This document shows positions 46,978-57,228 of a DNA stretch of 64,000 nucleotides, piece after piece; position 1 is the stretch's first letter, and each line of letters begins with the position of its first letter. Source of the stretch: Myxococcota bacterium (GTDB taxonomy: Bacteria; Myxococcota_A; UBA796; SXON01); contig JAZKFH010000008.1 of the NCBI GenBank assembly GCA_040386535.1, positions 144,011-208,010 on the forward strand, given 5' to 3'. The notes under the pieces were generated by a model that was not told the origin of the DNA, searched no databases, and saw only the letters and a list, made by a program, of their open reading frames with translations. The position numbers were made by a program, and so were the translations under genes.

Positions 46978-48618
46978 CTATCCCCCCTCGTGCGTCAGGC
47001 GGTAGTTCAGGACGAGGCAGGACACCGGGCTCGGCAAGGTGCCGAACGTCGCTTCCATGCGCTTCTTGTCGCCGTTGAGCACCGCGTCGCACGGGAGGAT
47101 CATCGACCGCGCGATCATCTCCGCGGTGCGCTCGACCACCCAGTTTCCGCCGGCCGTGTCGGAGAGCACGACGGTCGGGGAGAGCTTCACGAAGTCGATG
47201 GTGCTCTTGCTCACGTCCACGTACTTGGCGCCCGGGATGTCTGCTGCGAACACCTTGGCCATGCGCGACACGGCCACGTAGGGGCTGTCCACGTCGGGGA
47301 CGAACTTGCTCGACTTGCCGACCATGTCCTCCAGCGCCGCGACCACCTTCGGCAGGCTCTCGCGGTCGTCCTCTCCGTCGGCACGCACGCAGGTGCGCTC
47401 GCCCTGGCGGATCACCTCGGCGGCGCTCGGCACGTTCGTGTCGAGCACGGGCTCCCCGGCGCTCGCCCCCGTCGCGGACAGGAGCTGCGTGCGCGCCACC
47501 TCGTCCTGGGACACGGCCGTCGCGTCGCCGCTGACGTAGGCGTCGAGCTGCACCTGGGCGAGCCCGAGGTTCTTCGCCTGACGATAGGTCAGCCGCGCCG
47601 GGCCGCGCCCGCACACCTCGGTTTCCCGCGAGTCGAGCACCTTGTCCCACTGCCCCTGCACGCGGCCGCGGGTCGCCGCGAGGTAGGGGAGCAGGCGCTT
47701 GGTGTCGGGGTCGAACTTGTCCGACTTCTCGACGCGCTCGCGCCAGCGGGCGAACTCCTCGGGCCGCGCGGACTCCTCGTACATCCAGCTGTAGACCTCG
47801 GGGTTGTCGAGGATCTTCTTCGCCTGGGTCTTCACGAGCCCCACGAACGCGGTGTCCTTCTTCATCGCGAGGCCCACCGAGCGCACGCCGGTGATGGTGA
47901 TGGCGAGCTCGTCGAACGCGAAGTTCTCCACGTCCGTGCCGACGCTCCCCGCGTAGGCGAGCTCCTCGCGGCAGTCCGCCGCGTCGTCCGCGGCCTTGTT
48001 GGCGTCGGACTTGAACTTGAAGGCGGTGCACGCCGACACGCCGGTCGAGAAGTAGCCGAACAACATGATCGCGCCGAGGATCAGGATGCGGGGCTGCCAG
48101 ATCGCGCCGGACTTGATGAAGTACCACCCGCGCATCGCGATGGAGACGGGCGAGAAGGTGTAGAGGCGCGCCAGGAACAGGTCCCAGCCCGCGGTGGCGA
48201 AGCGGCCGGCGGTGAGGTTTTTCGGGCCCCGGCGGGCGGCGGGGCTGCGCGCGGCCTTCATCTCCGGCGGAAGCTCGCCGAGCTCGATGAAGAAGCGGGG
48301 GCCCTCCGGGGTCACGAGCGCGAACGAGTCGCCCGGCTTGACGGCCGTGGGCGTCTGCACCTGCACGGGGCGACGCGCGTCCCCCTTCCACAGGAACACC
48401 GCGGCGGTGCGCTCCGACGGCGCCAGGATCATGCTCGCGCCGCCCTGCCGGATGACCTTGCAGTGCTCCTTCGCGACGCCCAGCGACTCCGGGAGCGTGA
48501 TGTGGCAACGCTCCTTGTTCGAGCCCAGGCGTGCTTCGAGCCCTTCGAACGGACCGAAGCGGGTGCCCCCGAACTCGGGGGACAACACGAGGTAGAGGAC
48601 CAGATCGCCTTGGGACAT
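46978..48618 (-). CDS. Bitopic membrane protein with N-terminal degenerate FHA-like domain
   Basis: RLGSNKERCHITLPESLGVAKEHCKV..VKPGDSFALV (FHA strand pattern without GR/SxxH/NG); TM ILILGAIMLFGYF; Cys-containing outer domain. Confidence 0.7.
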   Translation of the reverse strand: MSQGDLVLYLVLSPEFGGTRFGPFEGLEARLGSNKERCHITLPESLGVAKEHCKVIRQGGASMILAPSERTAAVFLWKGDARRPVQVQTPTAVKPGDSFALVTPEGPRFFIELGELPPEMKAARSPAARRGPKNLTAGRFATAGWDLFLARLYTFSPVSIAMRGWYFIKSGAIWQPRILILGAIMLFGYFSTGVSACTAFKFKSDANKAADDAADCREELAYAGSVGTDVENFAFDELAITITGVRSVGLAMKKDTAFVGLVKTQAKKILDNPEVYSWMYEESARPEEFARWRERVEKSDKFDPDTKRLLPYLAATRGRVQGQWDKVLDSRETEVCGRGPARLTYRQAKNLGLAQVQLDAYVSGDATAVSQDEVARTQLLSATGASAGEPVLDTNVPSAAEVIRQGERTCVRADGEDDRESLPKVVAALEDMVGKSSKFVPDVDSPYVAVSRMAKVFAADIPGAKYVDVSKSTIDFVKLSPTVVLSDTAGGNWVVERTAEMIARSMILPCDAVLNGDKKRMEATFGTLPSPVSCLVLNYRLTHEGG

Positions 48619-48698
48619 GTGCGCTCCGCGGCGAAGTATACCCCCATGGCCGAAGCGGCGTTTCGTCGCTGCCGCCCGCATGGTAGAGTCGCCGGCCC

Positions 48699-49706
48699 GT
48701 GAACATCTTCCTCATCCCCTACACCTGGATGCGCCACCTCTCGGTGTCCCTGGTGTGCGCGGGCGCAGCGCTGCTCGCCTGGTGGTTCGTCCTCGCGATC
48801 GCGGTGATCTTCCCCATCTGGACCGTCGAGTGGGACGGCGCGATCTACATCACGACCGTCGTGGCCGCGGTGGCCGGCGCATCCACCCTCGCGGAGGCCT
48901 CCTTGCGGCGCGCGCCGCTGTGGAAGCGCGGGCTACGCACGATCGGGAGCGGCGCCATCTCCGGCGTGCTGGCGCTCGCCGGCTATTGGAGCTGGCACCT
49001 CGTGATGGGGCCGCTCGCCTTCGACGACGCGGCGGCCGCCGATCTCGCGGAGCCCACGCTGGTGTCGCTCCGCTACCGCATGGCGGCGTTCCTGTTCGCC
49101 GGCGTCCAGGCCGGCGTCGGCCCCCTGGTGTTCCGCAAGGGCGCGGGCTTCTTCGCCCACATCGGCGCCGGCGCCGTGGCGGGGCTGCTCGCCGGGGCGG
49201 CGTGGTACGTCCTCGGGTACCCGAAGTCGTTCATCGGCCTCTCCGATTTGTACCTGGCGAGCGCGGGCGGGGCCGTCGTCTTCGGATCCACGTTCGGACT
49301 GCTCGCCTGGGGCATCCCGGACAACCTCTACGCTGGCTGGATGCGCATCGTCAGCGAGACCCGCCACGGGCGCCGCATCCCCATCGACGCGCCGGACGGC
49401 GGGGTGCGCGAGCGCTTCATCGGCCACTTCCCGCGCGGGCTCGACCTGTTCCTCCCCGCGGAGGACGGCGTGATGGAGCTCCACATCTCCCTGATGGTGA
49501 CCCGCCGGCAGGAGTACCGCGCCCGCGGCCTCACGCTGAAGCCCACCCTCGTGCGGCGCTTCCTCGAGCGAATCGACCTGCGTTACGACGCACGGCGCCC
49601 CGCTCCGCTGGAGACCAAGCTCTCCTCGGGGGACCGCTTCCTCCTCGGCCCGCCCGCCGACCCCACCGTGATCGAGTTCATCATGCTTCCGCGCGAGGAG
49701 CGTTGA
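48699..49706 (+). CDS. Multi-pass membrane protein with C-terminal degenerate FHA-like domain
   Basis: ~6-7 Gly/Ala-rich TM helices, then FIGHFPRGLDLFLPAEDGVMELHISL..LSSGDRFLLG. Confidence 0.7.
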   Translation: MNIFLIPYTWMRHLSVSLVCAGAALLAWWFVLAIAVIFPIWTVEWDGAIYITTVVAAVAGASTLAEASLRRAPLWKRGLRTIGSGAISGVLALAGYWSWHLVMGPLAFDDAAAADLAEPTLVSLRYRMAAFLFAGVQAGVGPLVFRKGAGFFAHIGAGAVAGLLAGAAWYVLGYPKSFIGLSDLYLASAGGAVVFGSTFGLLAWGIPDNLYAGWMRIVSETRHGRRIPIDAPDGGVRERFIGHFPRGLDLFLPAEDGVMELHISLMVTRRQEYRARGLTLKPTLVRRFLERIDLRYDARRPAPLETKLSSGDRFLLGPPADPTVIEFIMLPREER

Positions 49707-51154
49707 TGGCCCGGATCGTGCTGCTCCTCCCGCTGTTCCTGGCCCTGTTCGCCTGCGGCCAGACCGATCTCGTGCCCGTGCCCGGCACGACCGTCCGCGT
49801 GGCGCCGCCCAAGTCCTCAGGGCAAGGAAAGCAGGCGCTCGAGCTCCACATCTTCCACACGGAAGAGGAGTGTTACGCCGCGGTCAAGGCGGAGGACGTG
49901 CCGTTCTGCCTCCCGTTCGTCGACCGGGCCACGGGCCAGGTGCGCGTCGCCTACCAGATGCGGGTCGACGGGGACGTGTGGAGCATCCCGTTCGCCGAGG
50001 ACACCCTTGAGATCTACCACAAGAACCAGCGGGTCACTCGCGACGGGCTGAAGGACTACAAGATCATCCCGCACGACCCCGCGCGGGCCGAGCAGCTCTT
50101 CGTCCTCATGATCGACGCCACGTACTCGATGGGCCTCGATGACGAAGGGAACGGGGTCACCCGCCTCGAGAAGGTGAAGCGCGCTCTGTTGCGTCCCGAC
50201 GTCGTCGACGCGTTTTTCCCCAGCGACGTGCAGACCTCGGTTGTCCCGTTGATCTTCCGCGGCGGCAAGCTCCCCGAGCCCCTGCTCGGCAAGTGGATCA
50301 TCGACAACAAGCGCGATTACCGGCAGATCATCAAGGACGGCCTCGCGGAGACAGGCGGTTTCACGCCGCTCTACGAGGCGATCGAGTTCTCGGCGACCAC
50401 CGCCTTGGAGGTCGACGAGGTCAAGAAGAAGATCATGCTCGGCAAGCAGGCGCCGACCGTCATCGTGCTCACGGACGGCTTCAACAACCCGCTCCCGGCC
50501 GACACCTGCGCGGACAACGCGCCGCGGCTGGAGAAGCTGCTCAAGAAGCTCGACGGGATCCGGCGCGGCGAGTCGGCGGACGTTCGCTACGTTCCGACCG
50601 TCTTCACCGTCGGCCTCGGCCGATCGGCGTGGCGCGGCTTCGAGGTGCCGGACAACCTCAACGTCTCGCCCAAGACCATCTGCAAGGGCCTCGGTGATCA
50701 GCTGATCAACGGCGGCGTGGAGACCAAGGGCGTCGACAACGCCGCGCTCTCCTGGATCGCGCGGGTCGGCGGCGGCGGGAGCTTCATCAGCCGCACCACC
50801 GACGGGCTCGCGGACGCGTTCAAGGCGGCGGCCGCAGTGCGCTACGCGTGGTTCGAGGCCCGCTACAAGGTGGATCCCTTCCACCTCCGGCGCTCGTTCG
50901 AGACCAAGCTTCGCCTCGCGAGCCTGCTGCGGAGCGAGGGGACCGTGTGGATGCATCCGAGCGGCTGGATCGACGCCCCGCCCGGCATCGCCGGTCCCGA
51001 CGGATGGACCCGCGCCGCGCCCTTCCGCGAGACGACGACGTTGCTGCTGCCCCTCCTCGGGCTCCTCGCCGCCCTGGGGTACGTCCCGGCCGCGTGGTTC
51101 AACGTGCGCCGCGCGCTGTTCTCCCGCGTCGCCCGGCGTAGAAAGCCCCGCTGA
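49706..51154 (+). CDS. vWA-domain lipoprotein with C-terminal TM anchor
   Basis: LFAC lipobox; MIDAS-like IDATYSM, GFTPLYEAI, IVLTDG, VFTVGLG; C-terminal TM + RRRKPR; TGATG coupling. Confidence 0.85.
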   Translation: MARIVLLLPLFLALFACGQTDLVPVPGTTVRVAPPKSSGQGKQALELHIFHTEEECYAAVKAEDVPFCLPFVDRATGQVRVAYQMRVDGDVWSIPFAEDTLEIYHKNQRVTRDGLKDYKIIPHDPARAEQLFVLMIDATYSMGLDDEGNGVTRLEKVKRALLRPDVVDAFFPSDVQTSVVPLIFRGGKLPEPLLGKWIIDNKRDYRQIIKDGLAETGGFTPLYEAIEFSATTALEVDEVKKKIMLGKQAPTVIVLTDGFNNPLPADTCADNAPRLEKLLKKLDGIRRGESADVRYVPTVFTVGLGRSAWRGFEVPDNLNVSPKTICKGLGDQLINGGVETKGVDNAALSWIARVGGGGSFISRTTDGLADAFKAAAAVRYAWFEARYKVDPFHLRRSFETKLRLASLLRSEGTVWMHPSGWIDAPPGIAGPDGWTRAAPFRETTTLLLPLLGLLAALGYVPAAWFNVRRALFSRVARRRKPR

Positions 51155-51268
51155 AGTTGGAGAGAGGCCGAAACTCCGTCGGGGTTGCGGTGTCGGACTC
51201 CATGCCGTACGATCGGGCGGCCGCCCTCGGCCCTCCGACGGTGGGGCGTCGGCGCACGTAGAGGAACC

Positions 51269-53536
51269 TTGGCCCGCAGCATCAAGCAGTACGAGATTAC
51301 CGGGGAGCTCGGCGCGGGTCACTTCGGGAAGGTGTACATGGCCGTGGGCGAAGTGCCCGGCCGCGGCATCCACCCCGGAAAGCGCCGCGTCGTCGCGGTC
51401 AAGGAGCTGCGCGAGCCCGATCCCGAGTCGGTGCGCCTCCTCCTCCAGGAGTTCGCGCTCCTCGACCAGGTGAAGCACCGCAGCATCGTGCGCGTGTTCG
51501 AGTACCTCGAGGACGAGACAGCCGTCGTCATGGAGGTGGTGCACGGCGTCACCCTGCGCGAGGTGCTCGACGAGTGCGCGAAGCACCGCGAGCAGGTCTA
51601 CACCGAGGCCGCGGTCGAGATCGGCTGCGAGCTCGCGGACGCCCTGTACCAGGCCTACACGACCCCCGGCGACAACGGGGAGCGCCTCCAGCTCGTGCAT
51701 CGGGATCTGAAGCCCGAGAACATCATGCTGACGAAGGCGGGCGAGGTGAAGATCCTCGACTTCGGCCTCGCCCGCGTCGACAACGCCGACTTCCAGCGCG
51801 ACGATCCCAACCGCATCAAGGGCACGCCCGTCTACATGGCGCCGGAGCAGGCGCGCGGCGAGGACATCGACCACCGTACCGACCTGTTCGCGCTGGGCCT
51901 CATCCTGTACGAGCTCCTGATGGGGCGCCCGGCGTACCGCGTCCCGATGGACGCGCCGGACCCCATCGCGGCCATCTACGCCGCGATCGAGGGCGGCGAG
52001 CTCTCGGAGCAGTGCCGCGAGCTGGAATCGAAGCTGCCGGGCATGGGTCCCATCGTCGCGAAGCTGCTGCAGGCCCGGCCCCGCAACCGCTACCAGACCG
52101 GGCACGACCTGCTCGTGGACCTGCGGCGCCAGCTCTACAAGGACCGCGGCGTCTATCTAAAGGAATTCTGCGATTTCTTCTACGGGAGCCTCCGTCGGCT
52201 CCCCGATCTGCCCGACGCTGACCCAGGGCAGGGAGGTACTCGGATGTCTACAGGTGAGAAGGCTCCACGGAAGAGCATCGAAGAGCGCTTGCGCGAGTCG
52301 ATGAATCGCGATGCGTCTCCACCGGCGAGCGCCCAGGAAACGACGGGTGATGGCGACGGGGGCCCCAAGGCGCCCGTGCCCGTGCGTCGTGTGCCGCCTC
52401 CCGCACGTCCGGCGACGCCCATCGCCACCCCGATGGCAACGCCCGTCCGGGCCGTCACCCCCGTCTCCACGCCCGCGCCGACGCCCGTGGCGCCGAAGAT
52501 CGTGCCCCGCAGCGCCTCGGCGGCCCGCCCGGCCCCGAGCGCCGCGGACGACGACATGGGCCCGCCCTCCGTGAAGGGCAACAAGCCCGGGGCCAAGCCC
52601 GTGGCGCCCATGCCGCGGAAGATGATGGGCGCCCGCAGCCCCGACGAGACCGGCATGCTCCAGATGGTGCCCCTCTCCGACAACGAGGACGAGAAGGAGG
52701 CCGGCAACGACCCGAGCGCCACGTCCTTCTTCGCCATCCCCGCGCCCAAAGCGGAGCGGGCAAAGGCCTCGTCGCCGCCCTCCGCGCCTCCCGCGGCCGT
52801 GTCCGGCCCGCCGGCGGGCCGCCCCGCGTTCAACGGCCCGCCTGCCTTCAACCCGACGCCGATCGCCGGGGGCCCGATGGGCCCGCCGCAGATGCAGGCG
52901 CCGCAGCCGATGGTCTCCGGCCCGGTCGTCAGCTACGGCGGCGCTTCGGGTGGCACGCCGTTTCAGGTCGCCGGCCCCCAGCCCACGGGCAACAACAACG
53001 CGGACTCGCGGGTCCAGTCGGTGCGGGTGTTCGCGGTGCTCCTCGGCGTGTTCGCGCTCGCTTGCGTCGCTGTGCTCTCGGTCGTGGCGCTCTGGTTCTT
53101 CCAGATGAAGGCCACGGAGAAGCCGATCGAGACCGTCGCCGTCGCGGCGCCCCCGCCGGTGAAGAAGACGCCCAAGGAGGACACCGGCGTCCAGAAGCCG
53201 ATCGAGACCAAGCCGGCGCCGGTGAAGCAGAAGCAGACGAACAACAACGGGCCGAAGCCCGTCGCCGTCGCCGCCGCGCCGAAGCTCGGTGCCAAGGCGC
53301 CGATCACCGTGACCTTCACCGGCTCGCCGATCCCCACCAGCGTCGAGGTCAACTGTTCCGGCGGGTTCCGCGACAAGCGCAGCCTCTCGGGCGGCACGGC
53401 GTCGGTCCCGGACGTGCCCACCAGCGACAACTGCCAGCTCCACCCCAAGGGTGCGGGCGCGCCGACCTCCGCCAACGTGCGCGCCGGCAATTCGTACAAC
53501 TGCACCATCTCCGGTACCGTGACGAGCTGCCGGTAG
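51269..53536 (+). CDS. Membrane Ser/Thr protein kinase
   Basis: LGAGHFGKVY, VAVKEL, HRDLKPEN, DFG, KGTPVYMAPE; Pro-rich linker, TM, 4-Cys outer domain; GAGGA SD before TTG. Confidence 0.92.
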   Translation: MARSIKQYEITGELGAGHFGKVYMAVGEVPGRGIHPGKRRVVAVKELREPDPESVRLLLQEFALLDQVKHRSIVRVFEYLEDETAVVMEVVHGVTLREVLDECAKHREQVYTEAAVEIGCELADALYQAYTTPGDNGERLQLVHRDLKPENIMLTKAGEVKILDFGLARVDNADFQRDDPNRIKGTPVYMAPEQARGEDIDHRTDLFALGLILYELLMGRPAYRVPMDAPDPIAAIYAAIEGGELSEQCRELESKLPGMGPIVAKLLQARPRNRYQTGHDLLVDLRRQLYKDRGVYLKEFCDFFYGSLRRLPDLPDADPGQGGTRMSTGEKAPRKSIEERLRESMNRDASPPASAQETTGDGDGGPKAPVPVRRVPPPARPATPIATPMATPVRAVTPVSTPAPTPVAPKIVPRSASAARPAPSAADDDMGPPSVKGNKPGAKPVAPMPRKMMGARSPDETGMLQMVPLSDNEDEKEAGNDPSATSFFAIPAPKAERAKASSPPSAPPAAVSGPPAGRPAFNGPPAFNPTPIAGGPMGPPQMQAPQPMVSGPVVSYGGASGGTPFQVAGPQPTGNNNADSRVQSVRVFAVLLGVFALACVAVLSVVALWFFQMKATEKPIETVAVAAPPPVKKTPKEDTGVQKPIETKPAPVKQKQTNNNGPKPVAVAAAPKLGAKAPITVTFTGSPIPTSVEVNCSGGFRDKRSLSGGTASVPDVPTSDNCQLHPKGAGAPTSANVRAGNSYNCTISGTVTSCR

Positions 53537-53592
53537 CTGCAACCGGCGCGTGTATGGCGTAGACTCGCGCGCACCGACGGAGGAGGGGTCAG

Positions 53593-55596
53593 ATGCACTT
53601 GTTCTTGATGGCGTGGCTCGTGATGCTCGGCTTCGCCCAGCCCGCGTTCGCCACCGACCTCGACGGCGCCGCCGCCCCTCCGCCCGCCGGCTCCACCTTC
53701 GGGAGCGCGCCCGACCTCGCTTTCAAGGACACCAAGTCCAAGGAAGAGAAGGAAGCGGACATGAGCGCCTCCGAGAAGGAGGCCGAGCGCAAGCGCAAGG
53801 AGAAGCTCGCGCGTGTCATCGTGCTCAAGTGGCCCGACAACAAGAGCGTGGACTACTCGGATACGACGATCCAGCGCAACGTGAAGTCGCGCATCGCGCG
53901 CCCCGATGCGCAGTTCTTCCCCGAGGTCGATCTCTACCAGAACGGAAGAAAAGTTCGGGACCGCACGGTCGTGCCGGCGATGCAGCCCTCGCACGTGCCG
54001 GACCAGAACCTCCAGCGCGTCCGCCAGGCGGTCGACGAGGTGTCCGGCATCCCGTGGAACGCCATCCAGCCCGACCAGTGGGGCCTCAAGGCGAACGAGC
54101 TGCGCGGCATGGTCGAGCTCATCTGGTTCGTCGACAAGGTCGAGCAACGTGAGCCGTTGTTCCTGCTCTACACGCAGATCGGGCTCGCCGCGGAGAACCA
54201 GAACCAGAACGTCCCGCCCTTCTACGAGCAGATCGGCAACGAGCCGGTCAACTACTACTTCTACCTGGCGGCCACGTTGGCGTTCCAGGATCCCTCGCTG
54301 ATGTCGAAGCTCACCGATCAGGAGCTCAACGGCGCGATCGGGTTCATCCTGCAGAAGCTGCAGCAGGGCGCGTTCCCCAACCTCAAGATCGACTTCGAGC
54401 AGGAAGGCGAGGACTTCAACGTCGAGAAGTTCGCCGAGTCCTACGAGATCTACCTGAACGGCATCAAGACCGATCCGAGCGAAGACGGCCAGATGGACAT
54501 CTTCCTCGGCCGGACCGACATCTACCTCAAGCGCACCGACAGCGGCCACGGCCTCTCGGAGCGCCTCGAGGTGAGCAAGCTCGAGGACAAGATCTACTTC
54601 GTGCGCGACACCGCGCGGAAGAAGATGGGCGTCGACTTCATCGAGCAGCTGTTCCTGCACCCCAACGAGTGCAGCCCCGCGCTCGACGGGGACATCCTGA
54701 ACTACCTCGCCATCTACGCCAAGATCCACGAGAAGGCGGAGATCTACATCGCGGTGCCCCAGTACGGCAACCCCAACCGCGTGTGGGTGTGGCGCTACGA
54801 CCGCCCGTCGGCCAACCTCCAGCTCGTCGGCGGCGGCGCGGACGGCTTCCCCGTGCGCTTCGCGGTCCTCGTGCAGGGCGGCATCATGTACAACACGGCC
54901 TCCGTCGAGTACGACGAGGAGGCCTACGACGACTCGCTCGCGGCGCAGGGGAACGACCCCGGGTTCATCCCCGACCCCGCGCAGGAGATCGACACCGACC
55001 TCGGCCCGAGCTTCATCCCGGTCACGTTCGAGCTCCGCGGGCACTACAACCGCCTGATGGTCTCGTTCGGGTCCGAGTTCGGGTTCAACACCGGCGGTGA
55101 CGACGGCAAGGCCCAGTGGATCGAGCGGTACCGCACGCGTGGCGCGCCCGATTCGAGGGTCGCCAAGATGCAGGAGATCACGCGCCTGTCGGACGAGGAC
55201 GTGAACGGCGACGGCGTCATCGACGCCGACGACACCGAGACCTTCTTCGCGGCCACCGAGCTCCTCTACAACCGCGTCAAGATCAACCGGAACCTGTTCA
55301 TGGGCGCCGCGGTGGTGCTCGGGCGTGACGCCGGCATCGGCTTCGGGCCCCGCCTCGGCCTGCGCGTGGGCTGGACCAACGTGCCCTACGCGCTCCAGAC
55401 CACCGCGCACGTCGGGATGACCCTCGCGCCCCCGGGCATCAAGCCCCTCGGTGACCGGGTCCGCCCCTTCGTGGATGTCGATGGCCGCATCGGCGCGAGC
55501 TTCCCGTTCGCGACCAGCCTCGCCTTCGACAAGAACGCGGCGATCACCGTGATGCCGGTCTTCGGCCTCACGGCCGGCGTCGGAACCACGTTCTAA
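53593..55596 (+). CDS. Secreted/outer-membrane protein: helical domain + PEGA-like + probable beta-barrel with EF-hand-like loop
   Basis: Signal AQPAFA; YEIYLNG; DVNGDGVIDADD; terminal strand FGLTAGVGTTF. Confidence 0.7.
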   Translation: MHLFLMAWLVMLGFAQPAFATDLDGAAAPPPAGSTFGSAPDLAFKDTKSKEEKEADMSASEKEAERKRKEKLARVIVLKWPDNKSVDYSDTTIQRNVKSRIARPDAQFFPEVDLYQNGRKVRDRTVVPAMQPSHVPDQNLQRVRQAVDEVSGIPWNAIQPDQWGLKANELRGMVELIWFVDKVEQREPLFLLYTQIGLAAENQNQNVPPFYEQIGNEPVNYYFYLAATLAFQDPSLMSKLTDQELNGAIGFILQKLQQGAFPNLKIDFEQEGEDFNVEKFAESYEIYLNGIKTDPSEDGQMDIFLGRTDIYLKRTDSGHGLSERLEVSKLEDKIYFVRDTARKKMGVDFIEQLFLHPNECSPALDGDILNYLAIYAKIHEKAEIYIAVPQYGNPNRVWVWRYDRPSANLQLVGGGADGFPVRFAVLVQGGIMYNTASVEYDEEAYDDSLAAQGNDPGFIPDPAQEIDTDLGPSFIPVTFELRGHYNRLMVSFGSEFGFNTGGDDGKAQWIERYRTRGAPDSRVAKMQEITRLSDEDVNGDGVIDADDTETFFAATELLYNRVKINRNLFMGAAVVLGRDAGIGFGPRLGLRVGWTNVPYALQTTAHVGMTLAPPGIKPLGDRVRPFVDVDGRIGASFPFATSLAFDKNAAITVMPVFGLTAGVGTTF

Positions 55597-55611
55597 GAGA
55601 GAGGCGTCGTC

Positions 55612-57090
55612 GTGTTGATCTCGCTGTTGACCGTCTCGATCGCCCTCGCCGCCGAAGGTACCGGTAAGGCCACCGTCGTGTGGCTACAGCCGGACCTCCC
55701 GACCCCCGAGCTGCGCGCGAAGGCCGAGAAGATGCTCGGCGTCTCCGCGGCGCACGCGGCCTGGGCCGACCTCGCGTTCGTCCCCGCGCCCTTCAACAAG
55801 GACGACGAGGCCCGCCTGGTCGCCCTGGAGCGCGCGCGGACCGACGCCCGGGTGAAGTTCGACGTGTTCGACACCGAGCGGGAGATCGCGGCGGCGCTGG
55901 GCTCGGCCATCGGCGCGGTGACAGTGTTGCGGGATGACGCCGACCGCGCGGCCCTCGCCGACGCGTTGATCCTGCAGGGCGCCGCCGCCACGCGGATCGT
56001 GCCCGAGGAGCGCTTCGCGACCGCGGAGGACGTCGCCGCCTTCCGCGGCTTCTTCGGCAGCAGCGCGGTGGTCAAGCCGTACGTCGATGCGCTCGCGCTC
56101 CAACCGGACGGCACCTGGGCGAGCGACGACCTTCCCGACGCGAACGCGTTCACCCGGCTCGGCGCCACCCGCGACCAGGCCTCGGCGCAGACCGCCGCGC
56201 GGATCGAGCTCACGCCCCTGCCCGCCGGCCTCTCCGTGGTGCTCGACGGGCGCCCGTGGACCGTGGGCGCTGCCTATGCCGACGTAGAGCCCGGCCGCCA
56301 CTACCTCCACGTGCTCTCCGGCGGCCGCATCGTCGGGCGCCAGTCGTTCGACACCGCCCCCGGCGCGTCGGTCACGATCGAGGCGACCGTCTCCAAGGGC
56401 GAGCTCGAGGCCGCGGGCGCGCGTGTGCTCGAGGGCTCGCGCGCCATCCCGGCGGACGTGGCCCAGGCGGTGGACCAGGTCGGGCTGCGCAACGGCGCGC
56501 CCACGCCCACCTTCCTCGCCGTGCTCGACGAGAAGGGGCGCATCGAGGTGCTGCCCTACGGTGGCGGCGCCTCCTTCCAGAAGCGCCCCGCGGTCACCGT
56601 CCTGCTCAACGGCAGCGTCGGCGGCGCCTTCCTCTTCTCGCCCGCCTTCGTCGACTCGCTCGGCACGCCCACCGCGGGTTGGGGCGTGGCCGGGGATCTC
56701 GGCTTCGAGGTCGGCATCTACAACCTCGCCATCTACGGCGGCTCGACCCTCACGCTGACCCCGACCGAGTCGATGCGCTACGCGAACGCGGACAGCACCG
56801 AGAACATCGACACCAACGCCTACTTCCACCCCTACGGTGGCCTCGGCGTGTACCTGCCTCGTCCCGACGTGAAGAAGCCGTTGATGATGCTCGGCGCCAA
56901 CTACGGTTGGTTCTCGCCGGGCGCGATGGGCGTCGGAGGCCGCGTCTCCTTCGGCATCCCGAGCGGCGACGGCACGTGGTTCCGCATCGATCTCGACGGA
57001 TTCCGCGGCACGCAGATGGCCGGCTTCCCGGGCGAGGGAGATCCCGCCGTGTACGCCGGGATCCGACTCGGGTTCGGTCGGAAGCTCTAG
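55612..57090 (+). CDS. Paralogous outer-membrane protein: PEGA-like + probable beta-barrel
   Basis: Signal SIALA; SVVLDG..VEPGRHYLHV (PEGA); amphipathic strands ending YAGIRLGFGRKL. Confidence 0.7.
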   Translation: MLISLLTVSIALAAEGTGKATVVWLQPDLPTPELRAKAEKMLGVSAAHAAWADLAFVPAPFNKDDEARLVALERARTDARVKFDVFDTEREIAAALGSAIGAVTVLRDDADRAALADALILQGAAATRIVPEERFATAEDVAAFRGFFGSSAVVKPYVDALALQPDGTWASDDLPDANAFTRLGATRDQASAQTAARIELTPLPAGLSVVLDGRPWTVGAAYADVEPGRHYLHVLSGGRIVGRQSFDTAPGASVTIEATVSKGELEAAGARVLEGSRAIPADVAQAVDQVGLRNGAPTPTFLAVLDEKGRIEVLPYGGGASFQKRPAVTVLLNGSVGGAFLFSPAFVDSLGTPTAGWGVAGDLGFEVGIYNLAIYGGSTLTLTPTESMRYANADSTENIDTNAYFHPYGGLGVYLPRPDVKKPLMMLGANYGWFSPGAMGVGGRVSFGIPSGDGTWFRIDLDGFRGTQMAGFPGEGDPAVYAGIRLGFGRKL

Positions 57091-57180
57091 GAGCGTTCGG
57101 GAGAAATGCTCCCGTCGTCCCCTCGCGTCTGCTGGCCGCGGCCGCGTCGAGGACTCGGTCCGCCTTTCCCCGAACGCTCC
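57090..57180. mobile_element. Short MITE, 91 bp, GGAGC termini with TA flanks
   Basis: TA|GGAGCGTTCGGGAGAAA ... TTTCCCCGAACGCTCC|TA. Confidence 0.65.
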
Positions 57181-57228
57181 TAGTACGGACGCAAAGAGCG
57201 GTTATCCTGCGCCCCTCTGGGTGTAGCC

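Noticed and set aside
46978..53536. Type VI secretion locus (Fha/PpkA/vWA)
   Set aside because: No TssB/C, Hcp, VgrG, TssJLM or ClpV genes in the window
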